A stretch of DNA of 64,000 nt from Candidatus Latescibacterota bacterium (lineage in GTDB: Bacteria > JAAXHH01): assembly GCA_022823465.1 (NCBI GenBank), contig JAJEHX010000042.1, forward strand, positions 18,047 to 82,046, given 5' to 3'. Under the pieces are notes generated by a model. That model searched no databases, was not told the origin of the DNA, and saw nothing but the letters and a program-made list of their open reading frames with translations. This document shows positions 37,877 through 47,344 of this stretch, one piece after another (the first letter of the stretch is position 1; each line of letters starts with the position of its first letter). The position numbers and the translations under genes are program-made.

Positions 37877-39436
37877 TTAGCCTTTCTTTGCCATTCTTCT
37901 TAGCCACTCGGACTCATCAACTGCCACACGACTCTGTGTCGTCGCAAAAGTCTGTGCGATTCGTTGGGCGTATTCAGCCTTGAGTTCGCCTCGCCACGTA
38001 TATTGTCTGTCACAGGTGTCTGTGAATTCGAAATTACCATCTGATCTGCTTCTTACCGCGATTATCGCACTATTGCACTCCGACGGCTTGAATTGCGGCA
38101 GAAACCAACCGGACGGATCAAGTCCAATACCCATTCGCTTGAATTCGTGATCGAGTTTGATGACGAGTTGCTCCTTCTCCTTCGTTGGTTCAACCAGCGG
38201 AAGAAAAAGGAACGAAGTCTCCTCGTCCAACCTTACACAATCACATCGTGGCCTCATGCATATCAAGTGCCGTTCATCACCATCCATCGTCGCCGTGACG
38301 ATAGATCCCATCCACAATGTTGGTGGTGGCGCATTAAAAACTGTCCGAAAGCTCATTATCCACGCCAACCGTTCGTCAAGGTCGACGATGTTACCACACG
38401 CAAAACCCGATGAGAGGCCCTTAAATGCATTCTTGGGCAATACGCGAGCCTCCTGTAGACCCTTCTTCGCCAACTTAACCGTCTCTTCCAGGTCAATCTC
38501 TTCATCTCCGAACCGAAATCCTTCACCCTTACGACGTATCCAGCCCTCCACCGCTTCCACCCCGGCCGGAGACTCCTCGGCGACGGCGTTGTCCATAAGA
38601 CCACGAAGTTCCTCAGCAACATGGTTTACGATCTGGCGTTCCGCATCTTCTGGATCGGAAAGACAGACTCTGTGTGCGAGAAACGCCGGGTCCAAATCCG
38701 CACTGAATCGATCCAATACCTTATGCTCGCCCTCTCGAACGGCAGTCAGCGAGGTTAGTGCAATGGAGGGAAGCAATCCCTCTGTCATTGCCGCGAAATC
38801 ACTGATCAGTAAATCGGGAAGATCCTCCTCCGCGACGCTCCGGTTTCTCAGTGGCGCTGCCAGATTCACTGCAGACTTTGCATAAATGACAACTCGACCG
38901 TGCCGATATGAGATTTCCGTCTTGTTTTCATTCGTAGACGGGTCGAGTTCCACCTCTTTTAGTTTAACGACAATATCATTGCAAATGTCCTCCAACCGAC
39001 CTTCACCAGTATAAATAGCCACGAGTCGAAGCGAGTTTCGATTATCTGCCTCATCGGTTAGCAGTTTTGACAGCAACGTCAGCGCATATTGAGGATCGTC
39101 CGCCTGCAATCGCCAATCCAAGACCACGATATCGGCTTGCCTCAGTGCATTTATCTCGGATTGCGTAGGCCCAACTACGCCGCAGATCACGCCGATTGTG
39201 GAGAACGAATCAGTTATTGATCCAGCATTAAGCGATTGTTCCAGCCTCGGGACAACCGGGATTTGATCTTCCTGACTAACGGGCCGAGTTTCCCGACCCG
39301 GCACCACCACCTCTGCCTTGGGTCCAACGTCACCGTCCAATTCCATATATGCTTTGTCGTCCACCACGACGGCTGTCCGTAGAAAGCGCTGAGCGAACAA
39401 GCGGTGGCGACGACGGATCTCTTCTTCCGATACCAT
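37877..39436 (-). CDS. Receiver (REC)-like domain protein with ~330-aa C-terminal domain of unknown function
   Basis: AVVVDDK (acidic pocket), ADIVVLDWRL (phospho-acceptor Asp position), LVAIYT (conserved Thr) and VVIYAKS (Lys). A GGAG RBS lies 8 nt upstream. Translationally adjacent (10 bp) to the hybrid kinase gene. Confidence 0.55.
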   Translation of the reverse strand: MVSEEEIRRRHRLFAQRFLRTAVVVDDKAYMELDGDVGPKAEVVVPGRETRPVSQEDQIPVVPRLEQSLNAGSITDSFSTIGVICGVVGPTQSEINALRQADIVVLDWRLQADDPQYALTLLSKLLTDEADNRNSLRLVAIYTGEGRLEDICNDIVVKLKEVELDPSTNENKTEISYRHGRVVIYAKSAVNLAAPLRNRSVAEEDLPDLLISDFAAMTEGLLPSIALTSLTAVREGEHKVLDRFSADLDPAFLAHRVCLSDPEDAERQIVNHVAEELRGLMDNAVAEESPAGVEAVEGWIRRKGEGFRFGDEEIDLEETVKLAKKGLQEARVLPKNAFKGLSSGFACGNIVDLDERLAWIMSFRTVFNAPPPTLWMGSIVTATMDGDERHLICMRPRCDCVRLDEETSFLFLPLVEPTKEKEQLVIKLDHEFKRMGIGLDPSGWFLPQFKPSECNSAIIAVRSRSDGNFEFTDTCDRQYTWRGELKAEYAQRIAQTFATTQSRVAVDESEWLRRMAKKG

Positions 39437-39445
39437 CCTGTACTC

Positions 39446-42400
39446 CTATGATTCGTCCATTGGCACGATACCGAAAGTCGCGCCTACGTCTCCTACTATC
39501 AATTGTAGATCGAACCCTACCCGATGCAAAGTTTCACGTCCGATGTGTAATCCCATGCCACGACCGCCTGGTTTTCGGCTAAAACCGTATTCGAAAATCG
39601 CCTCCCGGTCACGAACATTGACTCCGGGGCCGTTATCCGCGACGAGCAATGAGCCGTCGTGCTCATCGAGTTCAATGCGCCGGTCTAATTGTGGATTCTG
39701 CTGTGATAGCCAGAAGATCGCGTTGTCTACCAAGTTTACAAACACAGGATAGAAGCTCGACGGAAAGCCTATAACCCTTGCGTTTGCGAAAGCCTTGGTC
39801 GCCGTCAACGTTACGTTATGACGCGACATACGAGCATTGAACAGTTCTTTAAGGAAATCTCGCACTTCGGAACCACGAATTTCCACCTGTTTTCTGTAGA
39901 GACGGCGCTGCAACGGTGTGAACAGTGTCAGGTAACCGTCAAGGTGATCGAAACTTGCTCGTATGCTCTCATACAACTTTGCCAATCCTTCATTCGCATC
40001 AGCCCACGCCCTCAGTTTTCTAAGTCCATTCCGAACTGACCTTATGGTACCAGCAAACTCGTGGTTTATTATTTCAATAGCCATTCCCAACTGCGCCAAC
40101 TGAGCATCGGCTTCCGCTTCCTCCTCCAGCAAGAGATTGCGTTGTTCAATGGCCACCAACTGATCGGCTATGGAACTCTCCCCCGTGACGTCTATGGACT
40201 GTAGTTGCTCCAATATCGAGCGTAACAATTCGCTTTGTTCTTCTGCAATCTTTTGGATTCTTTTCTCCAATTCATCCCTGGTTTCGACGAAAACCTCATC
40301 GGGCATCTCTGCGACGTCTACCCGTTGAAATTCACTCAGCACTGCCCGCAATTCCATCTCGACAGCTTTGAGTGATTGCCCGGCCGCACCCCTTGCAGCC
40401 GAGGCGACATTTTCCGCTTCCGTCCTAACAGCGCGGCTTGATTCTCCGGTAGTTTTGCGGACTTCCTTCCCTAGAGTCTCCAAAGCTTCTTCCGTTCTTT
40501 CACGGCGATCAAGTGCCAATTCCGCCTTTCTGGCTTCTTCACCGATCAGATCCTCAATCAGTTCCCGTGTTGGTCGAAACACATGTTCTTGAAGCGAAGC
40601 GAACTCGGTGTTGTACACGTTCCAATCGCGGAGGACAGCCTTGCTCAATCCGATACGAGGACGCGATACGCGATACTTTGCCTCCAACTCCCTAATATCC
40701 GCGTGCACTCGGCGTTCGAGGTTGAGGACCTCGCGTGCTGCCAATCGACTATCCGCGATGCCGCACGCAGACTGCAACTTTTCCGCGACGCCGTCCGTTA
40801 ATGCCATCGCTTCCTCTTGTGGCATATTGTTCGCGATTTTATCAAAAAACTCGTTCAGACGTTCCTGAAATACCCTCTTTTTTTCCGAAACCTGTCTTTC
40901 GCGTCGCTTCCTCGCTTCATCCTCTTTGGATAGTTCGTCTTTTCTCGTGTCGAACGTTTCAGCATGCACACCATCGGATCTGAAAAAGTCCGCAGCAATC
41001 TGCAGAAGGAAGTTTTGTAGTATTGACCGAAACTGGCGATAGGCTTTGTTTTCCTGGAATCCTTCTCGGCCCGCCTTTTCTCGCAGATCCCCATTCCTGG
41101 TAGCGTCGATCTCCACCGCTCCGAACATCTTGCGGTGTGAAAAATAATAATAATACGCGCTTTTTGTTCGCCTGAACTCGATGTCCAACCAATCAAATTC
41201 GGTATCGCCATATGGCAGTATTCGAATCCCGTTTCGATATATGTACAATCCTCCTATTTGTTCGGTCTTGTATGCCAATCTGGCGTGTTCCTCATTGGGG
41301 ATCGTCGAATACTTGGTTTCCCCCTCGAAGGCTGCAAAGTCGATCGAGAACTGGCCGCAGTTCGTACGTGCTCCTCGTCCACCACCCCAAGGTATGACGT
41401 GATCGGCTGTCGTCTCCCCATAGATCGAGATTTCGCCCATAAACTGACCGAACTCGTCGAACGTCCCTCGGATGCGGTGATCCGCATTCTGAAACTCCTC
41501 TGGAGTAAAAAACTCGTCCTCGCCGATCAGATCTACTGCCACCTCGTCCGTCTTGTGGTCCCGGAACGCGGTATGGATCACGCTATGAGATCCGGGCGTC
41601 ATGGAGTTACTGAATCCGAGCAGTGCTTTTTTCAAAGGCGTCGCCTTCTTCAATGCGGCGGTCTTGCTCGCTGTCGGGTCGCCGTCTATATCTTCTACCA
41701 ACAATGTCGAGGTTGGCTTGATGATGAATTGCGTACCGGAGCCGTCACTGCGAAGGGACGGCTCCCCGAGGTAGGAGTCAATCACTTGCGGATCGATATA
41801 AAAAAGATCCAACTCTCGACCAAGCTTTTTCAAGAACCGATTCTCGACACGCAGGCCGACCCTTTCGGCATTCTCACGGAACTCTCCCACCATCTCGGCC
41901 ACATCATGCGCTGAAGGTAGCGTACCCGGCGCGAATGACCGAAGTGGGATTTCAACTTCGTCCAAGTCGATTCCTGGCCACTCGAATATGCCCCAATTCA
42001 GGAATGCCGCAGTAAGATCGGAAGCTTCGCCGTCGGTCTTCGGTCGAGTGAGTACCAGAAGTTGTGGCCCTATAGTCGAAATGGCGAGTCTCCCGATTCC
42101 CTTCTCGCCGAGCATAGGGCGAGGTTTTGTATCCGGGTCAGGCGGCGGATTTGCGGTCGGGTCGAGTTTGTTCTCCGTACCGATAGTTAGCCACCGGGCT
42201 ACAAAGTTGTCGTAACTCATCCCGACGCCATCGTCCCTCAAAACGAACAGGCCGTCCGAGCGATAGTAATCGATCTCTACACGGACAGCATAGGCATCGT
42301 GGGCGTTCTTGAACAACTCGCTGATTGCCGTGGGCATACCGGCTATTTGTTGCCTACCGAGCATGTCGAGTGTTCGAGCACTTGTCTTGAATTTCGGCAT
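39446..42400 (-). CDS. Hybrid protein: N-terminal GHKL (Hsp90/MutL/MORC-like Bergerat) ATPase + long coiled coil + C-terminal histidine kinase (HisKA + HATPase_c)
   Basis: N-terminus: ELFKNAHDA (motif I) and RDDGVGMS (motif II). A roughly 450-aa charged coiled coil follows. C-terminus: INHEF H-box, NLVDNAI N-box, DNGPGV G1, IFEYGF F-box, GGRGMGLHI G2. The start ATG overlaps the dcm stop (TGATG). Confidence 0.7.
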   Translation of the reverse strand: MPKFKTSARTLDMLGRQQIAGMPTAISELFKNAHDAYAVRVEIDYYRSDGLFVLRDDGVGMSYDNFVARWLTIGTENKLDPTANPPPDPDTKPRPMLGEKGIGRLAISTIGPQLLVLTRPKTDGEASDLTAAFLNWGIFEWPGIDLDEVEIPLRSFAPGTLPSAHDVAEMVGEFRENAERVGLRVENRFLKKLGRELDLFYIDPQVIDSYLGEPSLRSDGSGTQFIIKPTSTLLVEDIDGDPTASKTAALKKATPLKKALLGFSNSMTPGSHSVIHTAFRDHKTDEVAVDLIGEDEFFTPEEFQNADHRIRGTFDEFGQFMGEISIYGETTADHVIPWGGGRGARTNCGQFSIDFAAFEGETKYSTIPNEEHARLAYKTEQIGGLYIYRNGIRILPYGDTEFDWLDIEFRRTKSAYYYYFSHRKMFGAVEIDATRNGDLREKAGREGFQENKAYRQFRSILQNFLLQIAADFFRSDGVHAETFDTRKDELSKEDEARKRRERQVSEKKRVFQERLNEFFDKIANNMPQEEAMALTDGVAEKLQSACGIADSRLAAREVLNLERRVHADIRELEAKYRVSRPRIGLSKAVLRDWNVYNTEFASLQEHVFRPTRELIEDLIGEEARKAELALDRRERTEEALETLGKEVRKTTGESSRAVRTEAENVASAARGAAGQSLKAVEMELRAVLSEFQRVDVAEMPDEVFVETRDELEKRIQKIAEEQSELLRSILEQLQSIDVTGESSIADQLVAIEQRNLLLEEEAEADAQLAQLGMAIEIINHEFAGTIRSVRNGLRKLRAWADANEGLAKLYESIRASFDHLDGYLTLFTPLQRRLYRKQVEIRGSEVRDFLKELFNARMSRHNVTLTATKAFANARVIGFPSSFYPVFVNLVDNAIFWLSQQNPQLDRRIELDEHDGSLLVADNGPGVNVRDREAIFEYGFSRKPGGRGMGLHIGRETLHRVGFDLQLIVGDVGATFGIVPMDES

Positions 42401-43482
42401 CAGGACAGCCTTCCCACATCCTTGAGATGCTCGATGAACTGTTGACCGATTAGCTTGGCCAGACGGACCGGTACTGCGTTTCCGATCTGCCTCGCCATAG
42501 ACGCCATGCTCCCATCAAACACGAAATCTTCCGGAAAAGTTTGTAAGCAAGCCGCTTCTCGAATACTGATCGCCCGATCCTGCTCAGGATGGCCAAAACG
42601 CCCGTTCGAATAGCTAATACACCGAGTAGTCAATCCCGAAGCAGGGGAGTCCCAGGCCATTCGGCCATACACATCGGAATACCCGGTAAAACCCTTGTGA
42701 CATTCGAGCTTTAGGTACTCCGGCCAGTCTCGTTCGCCTCCGCCTTCAGGCGTCGCTTTTATACGGTCGAGGTTTCGTTCAGAAAGATTTGCCGCTTTGT
42801 GATTAAGCACCTCTTCGTGCTCCTCGCCTGCGCGAATCGCCGGAAGATGGGAAATCCAGTCCCGAACCGTCGTGTAATTCTCTTTCGGTGTTCCAGGACC
42901 GTGCGTCTCATCGGGTATTGAAACAGCACCATGGCGGCTTCCTACAAGCACGAGTCGTCGTCGGCTTTGCGGTATACCGTACTTGGCTAGTAGGATGGGA
43001 CGATAGTCCACTTCATACCCTGCTTTATAGAGTCGGTTCAGAAAGTCACCAAAAGGTTGACTAGCGCTGTCTAACTTCTGCAACCCCGGTACGTTCTCCA
43101 CAAACACAAGGTCCGGTCGACAGCCTTCCACAAACCTGGCAAAGTGAGCAAGCAGCGGCACGCGCTCATCCTGGTCCAATCCAGGTCGCTTCGTGTTTTG
43201 CTTGCTGAATGGTTGACACGGTGCGCAACCGCTGAACAGCACCGGATTCGGTCGTTCCGCTTCTATCCGTTGGCGGATCATATCAACGCTAACCATGCGG
43301 ATATCTGCAAACTCGAAGCGGGCGTCGGGAAAGTTGGCTTGGAAACTCTCCCGAACATTCGCGTCATGATCTAGAGCGAACGAAATTTCCATGCCCGCAG
43401 CCCTAAATCCACAACTCGCGCCGCCACAACCAGCGAAAAAGTCATATACCTGAATGGCCATCGGGTCACCCCGGTGGGTCAC
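42400..43482 (-). CDS. dcm: DNA (cytosine-5)-methyltransferase
   Basis: FAGCGG (motif I), PCQPFS (motif IV catalytic Cys), ENV (motif VI), and the C-terminal target-recognition domain. Confidence 0.85.
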   Translation of the reverse strand: MTHRGDPMAIQVYDFFAGCGGASCGFRAAGMEISFALDHDANVRESFQANFPDARFEFADIRMVSVDMIRQRIEAERPNPVLFSGCAPCQPFSKQNTKRPGLDQDERVPLLAHFARFVEGCRPDLVFVENVPGLQKLDSASQPFGDFLNRLYKAGYEVDYRPILLAKYGIPQSRRRLVLVGSRHGAVSIPDETHGPGTPKENYTTVRDWISHLPAIRAGEEHEEVLNHKAANLSERNLDRIKATPEGGGERDWPEYLKLECHKGFTGYSDVYGRMAWDSPASGLTTRCISYSNGRFGHPEQDRAISIREAACLQTFPEDFVFDGSMASMARQIGNAVPVRLAKLIGQQFIEHLKDVGRLS

Positions 43483-43623
43483 ACTTGCTTATCGATGCCA
43501 AGTGCCGAATCATTGGCGCCGCACAGGATCGGGTCCAACTCCCGCCCAGTGCCACAAGGAACTGCGTCGATGTTTCCAGTCATTCAGTCGATTTTAGGTC
43601 CTTGATCTCGACAGGCGAGAGAC

Positions 43624-44058
43624 TCACCCACTCGCAAGATACCCTACTTTACACCGTATGAGTTTTGCCAGCCTGTGCTCCACTGCTGCTTCGTTTCTGG
43701 TCTCACACTGCCATATGACAAGAACCCGCCAGCCGAGTTTTATCAAAGCTGCTTCATGACGAGCATCGCGGTCTATGTTGGCAGCGAATTTCTCGGTCCA
43801 GAAGTCTTTCCGGGATTTCGGAGTGGACGCAAACCGACATCCCGCATGCCGATGCCAGAAGCATCCATGCACGAACACAGCCAGTCTATGTTTAGGAAGC
43901 ACTAGATCGGGACTTCCTGGAAGGTCCTTGCGGTGCAGACGAAAACGCAGGCCCATCCGATGAACGATGCGACGCACGGCAAGTTCCGGGGCCGTATTGC
44001 GAGTGCGAATCGCCGCCATCAATTCGCTACGCCGTTTGCGATCCATGATGTCGGTCAT
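43624..44058 (-). CDS. vsr: Very-short-patch repair endonuclease
   Basis: Conserved Vsr motifs (…TAPELAVRR…HRKDLPGSPDLVLPKHRLAVFVHGCFWHRH…). 144 aa. Confidence 0.85.
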   Translation of the reverse strand: MTDIMDRKRRSELMAAIRTRNTAPELAVRRIVHRMGLRFRLHRKDLPGSPDLVLPKHRLAVFVHGCFWHRHAGCRFASTPKSRKDFWTEKFAANIDRDARHEAALIKLGWRVLVIWQCETRNEAAVEHRLAKLIRCKVGYLASG

Positions 44059-44208
44059 GGGCGGTCTCTCAGAAGGCGGGATACGAGAGATTCGGTCTGT
44101 TTAGCAGCACGTGGTAGGCATAATCCCTTGATGGTCGGTGAAAGCGTTCTTGGCCTGAAGGTAGCATCTAACCGGGGCCATGTCCATGAGTCAATCTGAC
44201 ATAGCAAC

Positions 44209-46143
44209 CTAGATCCGGATCAGTTCCTTGACCAGGAGGTCGTTGATCCGGCCCGCGAAACCCACGGGATCGTCGAGCTTGGATCCCTCGGCCACCACGG
44301 CCTGCTCGTAAAGCAGGCGCCCGATGGACTCGACGCGGGCGTCCGCGTCGTCGCTGTCGTGGAGCTTTTGCAGGCCCTGGACCACAGGATGTCCGGCGTT
44401 GAGTTCCAGGATGCGCTTGGAGGCCTGAGCCTGGGCCCCGCCCTCGCCCATGCGTTGCATGAGCCGTTCCATGTGGGCGCTCATGGCGCCCTCGTCGGCC
44501 ACCAGGCAGGACGCGCTGTCCTTGAGACGCGTGGACAATCGGATATCCTGCACCTCCGATATCTTGCCCTTCAGGGTCTCGATCAGGGCCTTGAAGGTCT
44601 TTTCATCGTCCTCCGCCCTGGCCTTATCGGATTCGTCGGCCGTGATGTCGCCTTTGTCGGCCGCCTTGTACTTCTTCTCGCGGTACTCGGTCACCGACGA
44701 CATGACGAATTCGTCGATGGGATCCGTCATGAAGAGGACGTTCCAGCCACGGTCCCGGAAGATCTCCAGGTACGGCGTCCTTTCGAGCATGCCGCGATGC
44801 TCGCCGATCAGGTAGTAGATCTCCTCCTGGTCGGGCGGCATCTGGTCTACGTATTCATCCATGGAGATGAACTTCCCGGCCTCGGTGTTCATGGATTCGT
44901 ACACGGCGAGGGAGGTAAGGGCGTCCCGGTTCTCGAAGTCCTGCGCCATCCCTTCCTTGAGGATCAGCCCCAGTTCCCTGAAGAAATCCACGTACTTGTC
45001 GAACTCGTCCTTCTTCATCTCCTCCAGCACGGAGAAGATCCGCTTGACGATGTTCTTCCGGATACGGTCGAGTATGGGATTCTGCTGCAGGATCTCGCGG
45101 GAGACGTTGAGGGGCAGATCTGAGCAGTCCACCACGCCCTTGATGAAGCGCAGGTAGGGCGGCAGCAGCTCCTCGCAGTTTTCCATGATCTGGACCCGCT
45201 GCACGTACAGTCTGGGGCCGACCTTGGGATCGCCGAACATCATGTCGAAGGGCCGCTTCGCCGGGATGAAGAGCAGTACCTTGAATTCGGTCAGTCCCTC
45301 GGCCGTGTAGTGGATCACCCTGGCCGGATCGCCGTAATCGTGGGAGATCTGGCGGTAGAAGGCGTTGTACTCGTCGTCCTCGATCTCGTCCTTCGATCGG
45401 AGCCAGAGCGCCTTCATGGAGTTGAGCGTCTCTTCCCGGACCACCGCCTCCGTCTTATCATCCTCCCCCTCGACCGGTTCGTGTCGCTCCACGTCCATGA
45501 CGACCGGGTACTCGATAAAGTCGGAGAACTCCTTGACCACCTGCCGGAGCCGCCATTCCTCCAGAAACTCCTTTTCGTCCTCCTTGAGATGGAGCGTGAC
45601 ATCGGTCCCGTGCGTCTCCTTTTCCACCATCTTCACGGTGAACTCGCCCTCTCCTGCGGAGACCCAGCGGACGCCCTGGTCTTTCGGGTCGCCGGCCAGA
45701 CGGGAGACCACCGTGACCCGGTCGGCCACCATGAAGGCAGAATAGAAACCCACGCCGAACTGGCCGATCAACTCGGGGCGGCTGGCTTCGTCGGCCTGCT
45801 GCAGGGTCTCGAGGAACGCCCTGGTACCCGACTTCGCGATGGTGCCCAGCTGATCGACGATGGTTTCTCGGGACATCCCGGTGCCGTTGTCGGAAACCGT
45901 CAGGGTGTTCTTGTCCTTGTCGGCGATCAGCTTGATCTTCCACTCGGTGTCGCCGTCCAGCAAGTCGCTGTTGTTGATGGAATTGAAACGGATCTTGTTG
46001 ATGGCGTCGCTGGCGTTGCTGATCAACTCGCGGAGGAAGATCTCCTTGTTGGAATAGAGCGAATGGGTGATCAGATGAAGGATCTGCCTCAACTCGCTCT
46101 TGAATTCCATGGTTTCGGTGGATGCGGCAGGTGCTTCGGACAT
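44209..46143 (-). CDS. htpG: Molecular chaperone HtpG (Hsp90)
   Basis: IHSLYSNKEIFLRELISNASDA N-terminal Bergerat motif. Full-length 644 aa with middle and C-terminal dimerisation domains. Confidence 0.9.
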   Translation of the reverse strand: MSEAPAASTETMEFKSELRQILHLITHSLYSNKEIFLRELISNASDAINKIRFNSINNSDLLDGDTEWKIKLIADKDKNTLTVSDNGTGMSRETIVDQLGTIAKSGTRAFLETLQQADEASRPELIGQFGVGFYSAFMVADRVTVVSRLAGDPKDQGVRWVSAGEGEFTVKMVEKETHGTDVTLHLKEDEKEFLEEWRLRQVVKEFSDFIEYPVVMDVERHEPVEGEDDKTEAVVREETLNSMKALWLRSKDEIEDDEYNAFYRQISHDYGDPARVIHYTAEGLTEFKVLLFIPAKRPFDMMFGDPKVGPRLYVQRVQIMENCEELLPPYLRFIKGVVDCSDLPLNVSREILQQNPILDRIRKNIVKRIFSVLEEMKKDEFDKYVDFFRELGLILKEGMAQDFENRDALTSLAVYESMNTEAGKFISMDEYVDQMPPDQEEIYYLIGEHRGMLERTPYLEIFRDRGWNVLFMTDPIDEFVMSSVTEYREKKYKAADKGDITADESDKARAEDDEKTFKALIETLKGKISEVQDIRLSTRLKDSASCLVADEGAMSAHMERLMQRMGEGGAQAQASKRILELNAGHPVVQGLQKLHDSDDADARVESIGRLLYEQAVVAEGSKLDDPVGFAGRINDLLVKELIRI

Positions 46144-46430
46144 CGTTTACCTTTCCTCATTTCAGGGGAGCGGGCCGCTCCCGTTGAGACATGCGGTCCA
46201 GGATCGTGATTTTACGCCTGGATACGGTCCGTATTATTCGTGTGCCACATGCAGTACGAGTTGCCGCTTTGCCGGCTTTCAGTTCACTCGCGCCGGGCCG
46301 GACAACATGCGTATTATAGGGATTTGCACCGTTTATGTCAACACGGAGGTTCCTTCAAAAAAGACTTTGGCGGCGTCGTGCCAGGGGGTAGATTGTTAAC
46401 CTTTAATACACACGTTTATGAATACCGCTG

Positions 46431-47276
46431 ATGCGTCATCAAAGGAGATCTGAAATGCGTCGACGGCAGGTATGGTTCCTGGCCATCCTCCTGATCATCT
46501 TCCTCGCGGTGCTCACCGGCCGTAACCGGACCGCCGCCGATGACCGCCCCGATCAGTCCGTCGATTTCCGGTTGAACCAGATCATGGTCAAACTCGGCCA
46601 GATCGAATGGGAACTGTCGCAGGTCAGGAACAGGCTGGGTTCGCAAGACCGGCGTTTGACCGATATCGATCGGAAGCTGGATCGAATCCTGGAAGAGATC
46701 GATGATGTGGCGTCTACAGCGGCTACGGCATCCACTGAATCCACTGAAACCGCGGAATCCTCTGCATCTGCAGAAACCGCGGAATCCACGGCAACCGTGT
46801 CGTCCCGCGCCGCGATCGATCCGGCGCTGGTGGGTACCTGGCGGTTGGCGGGTAACGACGCCTCTGATGATAGTTTGGAACGAATCCGACGCAATCTCGC
46901 GGGGAACGATGCCGTTCCTGCGATTCCAGATAGTACCGCCCTGGCGTTCGTAAACCGTGTTGAACACGCCCTGGAACTGAACCGATTGCGTATTATCCGC
47001 TTCGATTCCGATGGTCTGTACTCGGACGAAACGGACGACGTGGGGATCTGGACCGTTTACGGCGATCGTCTTATTCGGATAACTAAAAACGGAAACATCT
47101 CCCAGGCCGCCTATCTCGCGACAGGTTCCAGCCTGTCCCTGCTTTTCACGGGGGAGCAGACTCTGAAGTCCCTGAAAGCGGTATCACATACATGGACGAG
47201 TGAAGACCAGGAACTGTTTGACGCAGCCTTCGGGCAATCTGATGAAGTGCGATTCTTGTTGATCAAGGACGATTAA
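46431..47276 (+). CDS. Hypothetical membrane-anchored protein with coiled coil and Ser/Thr/Ala-rich linker
   Basis: N-terminal TM (FLAILLIIFLAVL). Heptad-like region. STAATASTESTETAESSASAETAEST linker. Confidence 0.5.
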   Translation: MRHQRRSEMRRRQVWFLAILLIIFLAVLTGRNRTAADDRPDQSVDFRLNQIMVKLGQIEWELSQVRNRLGSQDRRLTDIDRKLDRILEEIDDVASTAATASTESTETAESSASAETAESTATVSSRAAIDPALVGTWRLAGNDASDDSLERIRRNLAGNDAVPAIPDSTALAFVNRVEHALELNRLRIIRFDSDGLYSDETDDVGIWTVYGDRLIRITKNGNISQAAYLATGSSLSLLFTGEQTLKSLKAVSHTWTSEDQELFDAAFGQSDEVRFLLIKDD

Positions 47277-47344
47277 ACACGATTGCATTAAACCCCTTGA
47301 GAGGGATGTTTGCATTTGGTCTTCGGTATTCGGGAAAAGGATAT

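Noticed and set aside
46165-46181. 17-bp palindrome gggagcgggccgctccc upstream of htpG as a heat-shock operator (CIRCE/HAIR)
   Set aside because: It does not match CIRCE (TTAGCACTC-N9-GAGTGCTAA) or HAIR consensus. The loop is too short for an RNA hairpin. It may simply be GC-rich palindromic sequence.
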